A stretch of DNA of 64,000 nucleotides, from assembly GCA_040770645.1 (NCBI GenBank), contig JAXGIS010000003.1, forward strand, positions 1,278-65,277. Direction: 5' to 3'. The notes under the pieces are model-generated. The model was not told the DNA's origin. It worked only from the letters and a program-made list of their open reading frames with translations, and did no database searches. Both the position numbers and the translations under genes were made by a program. Below, piece after piece: positions 1-9,219 of this stretch (the first letter of the stretch is position 1; the number at the start of each line of letters is the position of its first letter). Source of the stretch: Thermoleophilia bacterium (GTDB taxonomy: Bacteria > Actinomycetota > Thermoleophilia > RBG-16-64-13).

Positions 1-38
1 GTGCCGGGCCCGCCTGCCCGTGCCGGCGGGCCCGGCAC
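1..38 (+). other. GC-rich stem-loop, possibly the terminator of the gene upstream of the window
   Basis: GTGCCGGGCCCGCC (1-14) is the exact reverse complement of GGCGGGCCCGGCAC (25-38), with a 10-nt loop. No T-tract follows. Confidence 0.3.
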
Positions 39-75
39 ACCGGATGTACTCCCCCAACGTTAGTGGAGCGACAGC

Positions 76-2205
76 ATGGCGTATAAGATCGGAGTTGACG
101 TTGGTGGTACCTTCACGGACTTCCTGCTTGCGGAAGACGACGGCACCGCCTACATCTACAAGGTCCTGTCCACCCCGAAAGATCCTTCCATCGCCACCAT
201 CCGCGGGATCGAGGAGATGGCCAAGGATCGCAATATGGGCACGGATGAGTTCCTGAGTCAAGTCAGTACCATCGTGCACGGCACCACGGTTACCACCAAC
301 GCCACGCTCACCTACCGTGGCGCCAAGACCGGCCTTCTCACCACCGAGGGCGTTCGTGACGCTCTGGAGATGCGCCGGGGTATCCGAGAAGAGCAGTACA
401 ACAACCACTTCGAGAACGCGCGACCGGTGGTGGAACGCTATCTGCGCCGTCCGGTGAGAGAACGCCTCAACTACAAGGGCGATGTGGTTACGCCGCTGGA
501 CGAAGCCTGGTTGCGCAAAGAAGTAGAGTTCCTGAAGAGCGAAGACTGCAAAGCCATCGCCATCTGCTTCATGAACTCCTTTGCCTGTGCCGATCACGAG
601 AAGAGAACGGCTGAGATCGTGCGCGAGTATCTGCCGGAGGCGTTTCTCTCCATCTCCAGCGAGATCCTGCCCGCCATCCGCTTCTACGATCGGGTGTCCA
701 CCACGGCTATCAACGCCTACATCGGCCCGGTACTCGACCTCTATCTCGGTCCCAAGTTGGGGTTGCTCAACAAGCTGTCCAAGTACAGCTTCCAAGGCGT
801 TCTGCTCATCATGGCCTCCAACGGTGGAGTCATCTCGCCGGAAGTTGCTATGCACATCCCCGGCCTCACTCTGCTCTCCGGCCCCGCGGGCGGCCCGGTG
901 GCGGGTCTGGCGTATGCCGAAGGCCAAGACTTCCCCGATGTCATCACCTGCGATATGGGCGGCACCTCTTTTGACGTTGCGCTCATCAAGGACAAGAAGC
1001 CCCTCACCACCACCGAAGGCGAGATCGAGCGTCTGCGCATCAGCTGGCCCATGCTGGACGTGGTCACGATTGGCGCCGGGGGCGGCTCCATCGGTTGGAT
1101 AGACGAAGTGGGCTTGCTGCGGATGGGCCCGCAGAGCGCAGGCGCCGATCCTGGACCGGCCTGTTACGATCTGGGCGGCGAAGAACCCACCTGCTCAGAC
1201 GCCGACCTAGTGCTCGGCTATTTGGATCCCAACTTCTTTGCCGGTGGCAAGATGAAACTATCCGTGGACAAAGCACGGAAGGCCATTGAAGAGAAAGTCG
1301 GCAAGAAGCTGGGCATGACGGCCGAGGAGGCGGCGGCCGGCATGTACGAAGTCATCAATGTGAGCATGGCATCCGCCGTCCGCGAAATCGCGGTCAAGGC
1401 GGGTTACGATCCGAGGGATTTCCCCCTGGTCACCGCGGGAGGCGCCGGTCCCAACCACGCCTGTCAGATCGCGTTGGCTCTCTCCATCCCTGAGATACTG
1501 GTGCCGCGCGAATCCTCCATTTTCTGCGCCGCCGGCATGTTGCGCACCGATCTCAAGCACGACTTCGTCCGCACCTACCCCACCACCCTGGATGCACTGG
1601 ATGCGGAGCGCTTCCGGACGCTGTACGCGGAGATGAAGAATGAGGGCGACTCCCTCCTCGATCAAGAGGGGATCCCGCAGGATCGCATCTCCTACGTGCT
1701 GCAGCTTGATTTGCGCTACGTGCGCCAGTACCACGAAGTCTCGGTAGAACTGTCCTGGGACGATGTGAACAGCGGAAACCTCTCTGCGGTGGCGAAGCGT
1801 TTTCACGCGGCACACGATGCCTTGTACGGCTATTCCTTGGAGGATCGCGATACTCCGGTGGAGCTCATCAACATGCGGCTCACCGCCATCGGTACCACCG
1901 ATAAGCCGGATCTGCCGAGCCAGCCGTACGCCGGACCGGATCCGTCTTCGGCTTATAAGCATTCGCGTTCCGTGTACATTCCGTCCGCGAAGGCCTATCA
2001 GGAAGTGCCGGTTTACGACGGTTTTGCACTGACTTACGGCATGCGCTTGGCCAGCCCCTGCATCATTGAGCAGGTCAACACCACCACGTTTGTCACGCCC
2101 GAGTTCGACGTGATCGTCGACCGGCTGGGTACCTACACCATCTATATCAAGGAAAACGAAGCCGATGTCCTGGCGCGAGTCCTCAAGGACGTGGAGGCCG
2201 CCTGA
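76..2205 (+). CDS. hyuA: hydantoinase/oxoprolinase family, A (ATP-binding) subunit
   Basis: Intact 709-aa ORF. The N-terminus MAYKIGVDVGGTFTDF is the ASKHA-type signature of the hydantoinase_A/5-oxoprolinase family. It is coupled to the B subunit by an ATGA overlap. Confidence 0.85.
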   Translation: MAYKIGVDVGGTFTDFLLAEDDGTAYIYKVLSTPKDPSIATIRGIEEMAKDRNMGTDEFLSQVSTIVHGTTVTTNATLTYRGAKTGLLTTEGVRDALEMRRGIREEQYNNHFENARPVVERYLRRPVRERLNYKGDVVTPLDEAWLRKEVEFLKSEDCKAIAICFMNSFACADHEKRTAEIVREYLPEAFLSISSEILPAIRFYDRVSTTAINAYIGPVLDLYLGPKLGLLNKLSKYSFQGVLLIMASNGGVISPEVAMHIPGLTLLSGPAGGPVAGLAYAEGQDFPDVITCDMGGTSFDVALIKDKKPLTTTEGEIERLRISWPMLDVVTIGAGGGSIGWIDEVGLLRMGPQSAGADPGPACYDLGGEEPTCSDADLVLGYLDPNFFAGGKMKLSVDKARKAIEEKVGKKLGMTAEEAAAGMYEVINVSMASAVREIAVKAGYDPRDFPLVTAGGAGPNHACQIALALSIPEILVPRESSIFCAAGMLRTDLKHDFVRTYPTTLDALDAERFRTLYAEMKNEGDSLLDQEGIPQDRISYVLQLDLRYVRQYHEVSVELSWDDVNSGNLSAVAKRFHAAHDALYGYSLEDRDTPVELINMRLTAIGTTDKPDLPSQPYAGPDPSSAYKHSRSVYIPSAKAYQEVPVYDGFALTYGMRLASPCIIEQVNTTTFVTPEFDVIVDRLGTYTIYIKENEADVLARVLKDVEAA

Positions 2206-3977
2206 TGAAGCAATACCAAGTGGACAAGTCCATCCCCATCGACCGCATCCTGGTCTCCATCCTCCAGAAGCGGCTCAAGAGCATCACCGAAGAGATGAGC
2301 ATCGCCATGGTGCGGACCACTCGGTCCCCCATCCTCTGCGAAGCCCGGGACTTTGTGACCGGCCTGTACGACTACAAGGGCGACATGCTGGAGCAGAAGG
2401 AGAACCTGCCCATCTTGGCCTTCTCCCTGCAGCCGGTGTGCAAGTACATCATCGACTACTTCGGTGACGACATCCATGACGGTGACGTCATCTTCCACAA
2501 CGACGTCTTCTCCATGGGCAACCAGAACAACGACGTGGCCGCCTACAAGCCCATCTTCTGGGAGGGCGAGCTGGTGGCGTGGGCGGCCGTGAAAGGCCAC
2601 CAGGCCGATATCGGTGGCAACGTCCAGGGTGGCTACAACCCGGAAGCCACGGAAGTGTGGCAGGAAACCCTGCGCATCACCCCCATCAAGGTGTATGAGA
2701 AAGGTGAGTTGCGCAAAGACGTGTGGGATCTGATCTTCGCCAACGTGCGCCTGGACATTGTGGCCGAGGACATGCGCGCCGAGATCGGAAGCTGTGTGGT
2801 GGGGGAGCGCGGCATACACAAGATCCTGGAGCGCTACGGCCGTCCCGTGTTTGAGGCCCACAAGGAGTTCCTCTTCGACTCCACGGAGCAGATGATGCGC
2901 AGCGAGTTGCGCTCCATCCCCGACGGCACTTACGTGGGTGAGTCCTACGCCTACTACGATGGGAAGATCCCCGGCTCCAAGTACAAGATCAAGGTGACCA
3001 TCACCGTCAAGGACGGCACCGCCAAGTTCGACTACACCGGCACCGACGGGCAGACTCCGGGTTTCATGAATGGGACCTACACCAGCTCGGCTTCGGCCAC
3101 CTTGCTCACGCTACTACAGATGCTCAATCCTGACATCCCGCACAATGCCGGCTTAGTGCGTCCCATCGAGATCATTATCCCGGAAGGAACCCTACTCAAC
3201 GCCGCCTACCCCGCCGCCACCACTTACGGCAACCACCTGTGCCCCAACAACGCCGACGCCATCATGCGCGCACTCTCTCCCGTAATCCCCGAGCGGGTCA
3301 CCGCCGAGTGGAACGAGGCCCTCATTTCCATGAGCACCGGTCAAGACCCGCGGAATAACGGCGAGCCTTTTGTCGACATCTTCTTCATGGGGCAGAAAGG
3401 CGGTTCCGGCGGCATCTACGGTACCGACGGCTACGATCACATCGGCATGATCGATGCCTCCGGCGGCGTGCTCGACCAAGACTACGAGATCTTCGAGCAG
3501 GCTACACCCCACCTGGTGACTCAGCACGAGTACCTTATGGACTCTGCCGGCCCCGGCCGTTGGCGGGGCGGCATGGGCACGGTGACCACTTACCTGTCCG
3601 GTGGAGAGGACGTCAAGATCATTACCTTCGGCGATGGAGATGTGGAGCCGTCACACGGCTCTCAAGGCGGCGGCGATGGTGCGCTCAATATCATCAAGAT
3701 CCGCACACCGGGAGAGACGGAGTGGCGGGTGCTTGCCACCAAAGACATCGTGGACAACGTACCCGCGGGCACCGAGTACTTCCAGATCTCAGGCGGCGGC
3801 GGTGGCTGGGGCGATCCAAAGGAGCGGCCTGCCGAGAAAGTGCTGCGGGATGTGCGCAACGAACTGGTCTCGTTGGAATCAGCCCGTCGTGACTACGGCG
3901 TGGCCATCAACCCCGACACGTGGGAGGTTGACTGGGAAGAGACGCAGAAGTTGCGAGCTGAGGCTCCCCCCGCGTAG
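2205..3977 (+). CDS. hyuB: hydantoinase/oxoprolinase family, B subunit
   Basis: Intact 590-aa ORF with a start overlapping the hyuA stop. Length and motifs (DVFSMGNQNNDV, C-terminal GGGGWGDP) fit hydantoinase_B. The substrate cannot be inferred. Confidence 0.8.
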   Translation: MKQYQVDKSIPIDRILVSILQKRLKSITEEMSIAMVRTTRSPILCEARDFVTGLYDYKGDMLEQKENLPILAFSLQPVCKYIIDYFGDDIHDGDVIFHNDVFSMGNQNNDVAAYKPIFWEGELVAWAAVKGHQADIGGNVQGGYNPEATEVWQETLRITPIKVYEKGELRKDVWDLIFANVRLDIVAEDMRAEIGSCVVGERGIHKILERYGRPVFEAHKEFLFDSTEQMMRSELRSIPDGTYVGESYAYYDGKIPGSKYKIKVTITVKDGTAKFDYTGTDGQTPGFMNGTYTSSASATLLTLLQMLNPDIPHNAGLVRPIEIIIPEGTLLNAAYPAATTYGNHLCPNNADAIMRALSPVIPERVTAEWNEALISMSTGQDPRNNGEPFVDIFFMGQKGGSGGIYGTDGYDHIGMIDASGGVLDQDYEIFEQATPHLVTQHEYLMDSAGPGRWRGGMGTVTTYLSGGEDVKIITFGDGDVEPSHGSQGGGDGALNIIKIRTPGETEWRVLATKDIVDNVPAGTEYFQISGGGGGWGDPKERPAEKVLRDVRNELVSLESARRDYGVAINPDTWEVDWEETQKLRAEAPPA

Positions 3978-4008
3978 CCGGGCGGATGGGGGGTGGAGAG
4001 CGCCAACG

Positions 4009-4725
4009 ATGCGACCTCGCAAGGTCGAAGATATCGTCGCCACGCTCAAGCTACGGATGCAGAGCCTCGTGTATGGTCGCGGCGATCGGCTCCCGGCCGA
4101 GCGCGACTTGGCGCCTGAGTTGGGGGTCGCTCGATCCACGTTGCGCAGAGCCTTGGCCGTGCTGGAGGGTGAGGGTTACGTCACGCGACGCGTGGGGTCA
4201 CGCGGCGGTTGGTTCGTCACCGACCTGGCGCAACCGATTGCGGAGTGGCAGGAAGCTATGCGCCTCCGATTGCGCGAAGTGCAGGACATCATTGACTATC
4301 GCATCGCGGTGGAGAGTCGAGCGGCCGGGCTTGCAGCCGTTCGCCGGACCGATGATCAGTTGCGTCGCATGTGGAGCGTTGTGGATCGCACTGCGGCCAT
4401 TGCCCCGCCCACCGACGACGTGCCGGTAGATCGGGAGTTGGCGGGCAGGCTGCGTGCGCTCGATGCGGAGTTCCACTCCCTCATCATCGAAGCGGCTGAC
4501 AGTCGCCGAGTGGCTGAGGCAGTGCATGCCGCCCGTGCCGAGCTCTTTGCCACCGAGACGCGCGTCACCTATGAACACATCGCTGCCGGCTTACCGCGGG
4601 ATCATCGTCGGGTGTTGGAAGCCATTGAGCGTCGCGATGCCGAATCTGCTCGCGCAGCCATGGAGGAGCACATTCAGCACGGTGCCGATGTGTGGCTGGC
4701 CAACGGGGTCTCCCGGTCTGTTTAG
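4009..4725 (+). CDS. GntR/FadR-family transcriptional regulator (wHTH plus FCD-like domain)
   Basis: The track ORF 3601-4725 overlaps hyuB, so I trimmed it to the ATG at 4009 (MRPRKVEDIV...). It has the wHTH LPAERDLAPELGVARSTLRRALAVLEGEGYV and a helical C-terminus (EFHSLIIEAA...HRRVLEAIERRDAESARAAMEEHI) typical of FCD. Confidence 0.85.
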   Translation: MRPRKVEDIVATLKLRMQSLVYGRGDRLPAERDLAPELGVARSTLRRALAVLEGEGYVTRRVGSRGGWFVTDLAQPIAEWQEAMRLRLREVQDIIDYRIAVESRAAGLAAVRRTDDQLRRMWSVVDRTAAIAPPTDDVPVDRELAGRLRALDAEFHSLIIEAADSRRVAEAVHAARAELFATETRVTYEHIAAGLPRDHRRVLEAIERRDAESARAAMEEHIQHGADVWLANGVSRSV

Positions 4726-4817
4726 GCGCGCTGGGAATACGCCGGTGGCCGTTCCGGAACGCACGGTGCCCGCCACGGCCGCAGCATGAGTGTCTCTGCT
4801 TCGGCGGCAGGCTGAAG

Positions 4818-6260
4818 TCAGAACAGCCCCCAGATGTACTGGTTGGTAACCTCGTGATGGTATTGGATCTCGGCCCGTTTGATGTGCGTGCCCAGCGCAG
4901 CCGGGCAGCGCTCGGCAGAGGCGTGTTTCAGTTGCCAGAAGCGCTTGTGGGTATGCTCGCCCAAGATCTCAGCCATGAACTGGCTGCTTTTGAAGAGTCG
5001 GATGGCGTCGTAGATGTTGTCGGGTAAGAAGCGCGTACGCGAGCGCTTCTGCTCCTCGGGCTCCTCCGACTTAGGTCCTTCCAGGCCCGTGCGCAACAGT
5101 GCATAAGTGGCCAAGTAGGCGTTGGCGTCGGGAGCGATGGAGCGGAACTCGAGACGGGCGCTCCTGGCGTTCCCGAGGGGGATACGGATCATGCCGCTTC
5201 GATTGTTGGGCGAGGCGTTGATCTGATTGGGAGCTTCGAAGCGGGGATCGAGGCGTCTATAGGCATTGACACTCGAGTTGAGTATCAGGCAGATCTCTTG
5301 GGCACTCGTGAGGACGCGGTCGATGAAGTCCCATGCTCTGGCAGATATGCCTGCCTCTCCCTTGGGGTCTGAGAACAGGTTCACGCCATCCTTGTGTAGC
5401 AGTGAGAGATTGGCGTGCATGCCGGTGCCGTTCACCCCGGTTTTGGGTTTGGGCAAAAACGATGCCGTCAGTCCCATGCTCTGAGCCACTTGGCGGCAGA
5501 GGAGCTTGTACAATTGAACCTGGTCGCAGGCCACCACCGCCTCGCAGGGCGCATAGTTCATCTCGAACTGAGACGGTGCCACCTCGGGATGGTCCTTCTC
5601 GTTGTTGAAGCCCATTGCCCTTTGAGCCTCGGCTGCAGTGTCAATGAACTTGCGTAGCAGAGACCCCGGCAGCGAGTTGTAGTAACCGCCGGTGGAGATG
5701 AACTCGAAACTACCCGTTTCGTGGTAATGCTGCTCTGCGTTCAGTCCTTCGAACAGGAAGCCTTCGATCTCGTTGGCCACGTTGCAGGTGATGCCTTGAG
5801 ACACATAGAGGTCCTGGCAGTAAGACTTCAGCCGCCCACGGAAGTCGGCCGGGTACGGGGATCCATCCTGGTCCAGCACCTGGGCGAACACCAGCACTTT
5901 TCCCGGCCCAAAGATGTCCGCCGGAAGCCAGTAGAAAGCCGGCCAGTCGACGTCCAGTCTAAGATCTGACTCCTGCTGCGCGGTGAAGCCACGGATGGAG
6001 GACCCGTCGAAGGTTAGGTTGTCCGGGGAGTTCAGCAGGAATTTTTTGTCGTAGTCGAGCATGTGGAGGCAGCCTTCAAGGTCGGTGAAGCATACGGTGA
6101 CCGCCTTGATGCGCTTCTCGTCCGCCAGGCAGCGGATCCTCTCCTCTCGTACTTCGTGGATCGGCCGTCTGTCCAGTCTCTCTTGTTTGGCCGCCAGGTT
6201 GAGTTCTTCGAGCCTGTCATACGGCATTCTTAGGAAGTCTCGTAAACCCGCAGTCTCCAC
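4818..6260 (-). CDS. glutamine synthetase family protein (GSI-like, about 30-aa N-terminal extension)
   Basis: 480-aa ORF with GS motifs FDGSSIRGF, KPKTGVNGTGMHANLSL, NAYRRL, NNRSGMIRIP and EFRSIAPDANAYL. It is convergent with the GntR gene. The start could also be the internal Met (MPYDRL) 33 nt downstream. Confidence 0.8.
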   Translation of the reverse strand: METAGLRDFLRMPYDRLEELNLAAKQERLDRRPIHEVREERIRCLADEKRIKAVTVCFTDLEGCLHMLDYDKKFLLNSPDNLTFDGSSIRGFTAQQESDLRLDVDWPAFYWLPADIFGPGKVLVFAQVLDQDGSPYPADFRGRLKSYCQDLYVSQGITCNVANEIEGFLFEGLNAEQHYHETGSFEFISTGGYYNSLPGSLLRKFIDTAAEAQRAMGFNNEKDHPEVAPSQFEMNYAPCEAVVACDQVQLYKLLCRQVAQSMGLTASFLPKPKTGVNGTGMHANLSLLHKDGVNLFSDPKGEAGISARAWDFIDRVLTSAQEICLILNSSVNAYRRLDPRFEAPNQINASPNNRSGMIRIPLGNARSARLEFRSIAPDANAYLATYALLRTGLEGPKSEEPEEQKRSRTRFLPDNIYDAIRLFKSSQFMAEILGEHTHKRFWQLKHASAERCPAALGTHIKRAEIQYHHEVTNQYIWGLF

Positions 6261-6362
6261 GTGTTGCTCCCGTCTGTATTGTCTATGGGGCTGCTGTGTA
6301 TAACTTATAATGAACCCGATTTAGGGTAGAGACAAGAGCTTTAAGGATAAACCAGCAGCTAT

Positions 6363-6704
6363 TTAAGAGAACAGCGCGATGGAGCCCACGATGTGCCACA
6401 TCAGCGTCGCCGTGAAAGCTCCCAGGCCGAAGAGCGCCGCAATGAGCCCCATGCGGTATCGTCTTAGGGCCCACAACGCAAAGGAGAGCACCGCCACCAT
6501 AGCCGTTTTGGCCCATATCCACAGGGTTGGATCCCGCTCCATAAGGGTGCGAAGGAGAGGTTGGCTTCTTGGGCCCCGAGAAAGTGCGTTCAGGGTGAGG
6601 ACGGCGTCAACTGCACTTAGTAGGTTGATGGTGAGGATTACGAGTATGACCAAGTCCGGTCGGCGCAGCTGCGCGGGTGTCGGCAAATACTCGTTCAGCC
6701 GCAT
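6363..6704 (-). CDS. small polytopic membrane protein (DUF5658-like), with a possible frameshifted N-terminal extension to 6924
   Basis: The hydrophobic segments LVILVILTINLLSAVDAVLTL, TLWIWAKTAMVAVLSFALWAL and GLIAALFGLGAFTATLMWHIVGSIALF read from Met at 6704. ORF 6607-6924 (another frame) encodes an Arg-rich stretch ERRQNDRRQ...RERRSGFDRRQQ that abuts it. Confidence 0.5.
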   Translation of the reverse strand: MRLNEYLPTPAQLRRPDLVILVILTINLLSAVDAVLTLNALSRGPRSQPLLRTLMERDPTLWIWAKTAMVAVLSFALWALRRYRMGLIAALFGLGAFTATLMWHIVGSIALFS

Positions 6705-7076
6705 TGCGAGGTAGCTGTTGCCGGCGGTCGAAACCGCTGCGGCGTTCGCGCCAAACGAAACGCTTGGCTTGTCGTCGATCGTTCTGACGACGTTCCACAC
6801 GGGTGTGGGTCTCGGTGGCCCGCTCGGGTGCACAGGACCGGCCGCAAGCTTCGCCGCGGTGCTCGAGCGCGACGAGGCAATTCATTGCCCTGATGTCAGA
6901 TTTCCGCGACTTCATCCTTAACAAACATATCAGGTACCCACTAACTAGGGTACAGCAAACCGGTTCCGGATCGGCATCACCGATACAGACTGTACGATCG
7001 GTGCGTCTCGGAGATACGGGCGCGGGCTGAGGGTGTGGTTCAGGTCCGCGGTTCAGCGTGTTATTCTCAACGCCGT

Positions 7077-7502
7077 ATGGAGGCCCAGCGCATCACGTAC
7101 GAGTATCGATTCCTTCGAGCGCGGATGCGTGCGCATCGACTCCTTGGTGGAAGTGATGCTCGGGTACGAAGCTTCGGACTTCTTGGCCAACCCCGCCCTA
7201 CTGTTCGACATCCTTCATCCGCAGGATAGGGAGATTACTTCTCGCTTCTGGCGGGGGACGTGTCGATGGCCTGCGTCAGGTGGTTGCGGCGTGATGGGTC
7301 GTCGGTGTGGTGTGAACATACTCTGACCCCGAGGTGGGAAGCGGGGCAACTCGTGGCGGTGGAGGGTGTGGCGGCGCAGGTGGCTCCACCTCCCGGACGG
7401 TGCGGGCGCGTACGGCCGGTTTGCGAGCGGTTGGTTGAGCGCGCCCCTGAAGGTGAAGCCCAGGCGCGGCTCAGGGCACCGCTCGGTTCGGAGCCTGTTT
7501 GA
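7077..7502 (+). pseudogene. PAS-domain fragment split over three frames
   Basis: PAS-like pieces occur in consecutive frames: MEAQRITYEYRF (frame 3), VRIDSLVEVMLGYEASDFLANPALLFDILHPQDREI (frame 1) and VRWLRRDGSSVWCEHTLTPRWEAGQLVAVEGVAAQV (frame 3). No output domain follows, and it abuts the 3' end of the convergent ttcA-like gene. Confidence 0.5.
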
Positions 7503-7504
7503 GG

Positions 7505-8296
7505 CTACGCCCAGGGGCGTTTGCGGCCGCTCCTCGGGCTCCTGCGTCTCACCGTCTCCAAAATGGAAGCGGCCACTTCGCGTTTGGACCGATCGGCGAA
7601 TGCGCATGAGCATCTGATGCTGGGGAAGCCGCCCAGGCGGCAGGCACGGGCCAGTTCCCTCTCCTCTATGTAGATCAGCGGTCGGATCAGAGTCACCCGC
7701 CCGGCGAACATGTCTCGGCGGGGCAGCATGCCCTCGCAGCGTCCTTGCCAGAGAAGGTTGAGCAGCAGAGTCTCCGCCACGTCGTTCATGTGGTGGCCTA
7801 GGGCAACCTTACGAATCCCCAAGCCAACGGCCGTCTCCACCAAGGCTTTGCGCCTACGGCGTGCGCAGAGGAAACAGGAGGATAACGGACGGGTCACCTC
7901 ACTCTGGTCGGGGAGGGGATCGGAATCCACCACATGCAGCGGTACGTCGAGTCGGGAACACATCGCAGTCAGAAAACGCTCCACGTGCCGTGCGGTCTCG
8001 GCTCCGCTCTCAGGGGATGCGGTCTCTTCGCAGGCAACCTGGTGCGGAGGTCGGACGTGACACGCCTGCAACTCGTAGTGCTCGTGGCGCCACGCTCTGC
8101 GCCGAGCGAGGATCTGGAGGAGCATCGTGCTGTCCTTGCCTCCGGACAGGCCCACCAGCAGACGGTCTCCATCGGCAACCAGATCGAAATCGCGGATAGC
8201 CCGCGATGCGTCGCGGTCCAGGTAGAAGACGGCGCGGGCGAAGCGGGCCTCTGGGTTTGGCGCAGCCGGTTTCAGATCATCTACCCCCTGGTCCAT
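7505..8296 (-). CDS. ttcA: PP-loop ATPase, TtcA-like tRNA thiolation enzyme
   Basis: It has the PP-loop LSGGKDS, a Cys motif SSCFLCARRRRKAL (TtcA-type CxxC...RR) and LGHHMNDVAETLLLNL. The track ORF extends to 8401, but Met at 8296 (MDQGVDDL) is more plausible. Confidence 0.7.
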   Translation of the reverse strand: MDQGVDDLKPAAPNPEARFARAVFYLDRDASRAIRDFDLVADGDRLLVGLSGGKDSTMLLQILARRRAWRHEHYELQACHVRPPHQVACEETASPESGAETARHVERFLTAMCSRLDVPLHVVDSDPLPDQSEVTRPLSSCFLCARRRRKALVETAVGLGIRKVALGHHMNDVAETLLLNLLWQGRCEGMLPRRDMFAGRVTLIRPLIYIEERELARACRLGGFPSIRCSCAFADRSKREVAASILETVRRRSPRSGRKRPWA

Positions 8297-8442
8297 GATT
8301 CGCAGCCGACGGGTGCGGGAGGGACTGGTGCAGTGTAGCGCCGGGCGGACGTTTTTGTTGGCCCGAAGGCTTCGAAATCGGGCCTCGGCTGCGGGCGGCA
8401 AACCGGGGTGCTCGTATCGCGATCGAGCCGTTAATCGGCTGC

Positions 8443-8471
8443 TTGAAAAGGGTATGGGCAGGCGGTATCAT
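8443..8471 (+). promoter_or_regulatory. sigma70-type promoter for the tRNA cluster
   Basis: TTGAAA (8443-8448), a 17-nt spacer and TATCAT (8466-8471), about 30 nt upstream of tRNA-Tyr. Confidence 0.5.
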
Positions 8472-8502
8472 CCTGCTCCGCCTGAAGGGCCGGGACCTCG
8501 TT

Positions 8503-8587
<85 letters not shown>

Positions 8588-8631
8588 GTACGACCCATGG
8601 TCCTGAGGGTGGCGTTTGAGACCAACAACGA

Positions 8632-8704
8632 GCCTCCCTAGCTCAGTTGGCAGAGCACTTCCATGGTAAGGAAGGGGTCATCAGTTCGAGTCTGATGGGA
8701 GGCT
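8632..8704 (+). tRNA. tRNA-Thr (GGT)
   Basis: Acceptor GCCTCCC/GGGAGGC, D-arm GCTC...GAGC, anticodon stem CTTCC/GGAAG with loop ATGGTAA, T-arm ATCAG-TTCGAGT-CTGAT. Confidence 0.9.
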
Positions 8705-8716
8705 CAGATTCTTCAT

Positions 8717-8790
8717 GGCGGCGTAGCTCAGCTGGTCAGAGCAGCGGAATCATAATCCGCGAGTCCGGGGTTCGAGTCCCTGCGCCGCTA
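8717..8790 (+). tRNA. tRNA-Met (CAT), elongator-like (tRNA-Ile2/lysidine type not excluded)
   Basis: Acceptor GGCGGCG/CGCCGCT (G1-U72), anticodon stem GCGGA/TCCGC with loop ATCATAA, T-loop TTCGAGT. It lacks the GGG/CCC anticodon stem of an initiator. Confidence 0.8.
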
Positions 8791-8795
8791 CTGGG

Positions 8796-8840
8796 CTCAG
8801 CGCGGGGCGTGCGGACACGGCGCAGCCCACGCTGAGTTTT
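8796..8840 (+). terminator. intrinsic terminator after the tRNA cluster
   Basis: CTCAGCG (8796-8802) pairs with CGCTGAG (8830-8836). The inner stem is imperfect and GC-rich, and TTTT (8837-8840) follows. Confidence 0.5.
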
Positions 8841-8888
8841 GCGTTGTGATACTATCGACTCTGGTTTCGGGTCGGAAATGGGGAAGCA

Positions 8889-9041
8889 ATGCGCGTACGA
8901 GTAACCTTTGCCTGCCAGGAATGCAAGCGCAGGAACTATACGAGTACTTGCGAAGAATAAGCGGAACGATCCGGATCGGCTCGAACTGCGCAAGTACTGC
9001 AAATGGTGTGGCGCGTATATGCCGCATAAGAAACCAAGTAG
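8889..9041 (+). CDS. rpmG: 50S ribosomal protein L33 (Zn-ribbon type), two frameshifts as assembled
   Basis: Frame 3 reads [20 protein letters not shown] and then hits a stop. Frame 1 reads [27 protein letters not shown]. The canonical end HKETK* is restored by 1 nt near 9030, and the first shift is at TT 8948-8949. Confidence 0.8.
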
Positions 9042-9051
9042 AGGAGATCGC

Positions 9052-9124
9052 AGGGCAGTAGCTCCAACGGTAGAGCCGGTCTCCAAAACCGGATGTTGGG
9101 GTTCGAATCCCTCCTGCCCTGCCA
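9052..9124 (+). tRNA. tRNA-Trp (CCA), D-stem/position-26 region appears 1-2 nt short
   Basis: Acceptor AGGGCAG/CTGCCCT, anticodon stem CCGGT/ACCGG with loop CTCCAAA, T-loop TTCGAAT, then G-CCA. GAGCCGGT stands where the canonical fold needs GAGC-N-CCGGT. Confidence 0.8.
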
Positions 9125-9219
9125 CCCCCTTTCTCGCCGATAAGGAATCCAGACCCATATGGCCAAAGAAACCGCCACAAAGGTTACCAGCAAGCCCCGT
9201 TCCGGGCTTGGGTGCGGCT

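Noticed and set aside
3601-4008. N-terminal 136-aa extension of the GntR ORF in the track
   Set aside because: It overlaps the 3' end of hyuB in another frame and has no regulator-like sequence. The wHTH begins right after ATG 4009.
6261-6362. AT-rich region upstream of the GS-like gene as a TnrA/GlnR operator or promoter
   Set aside because: A TTGTCT...CATTAT arrangement on the minus strand is possible, but I could not find a TGTNA-N7-TNACA palindrome. Not enough to call.
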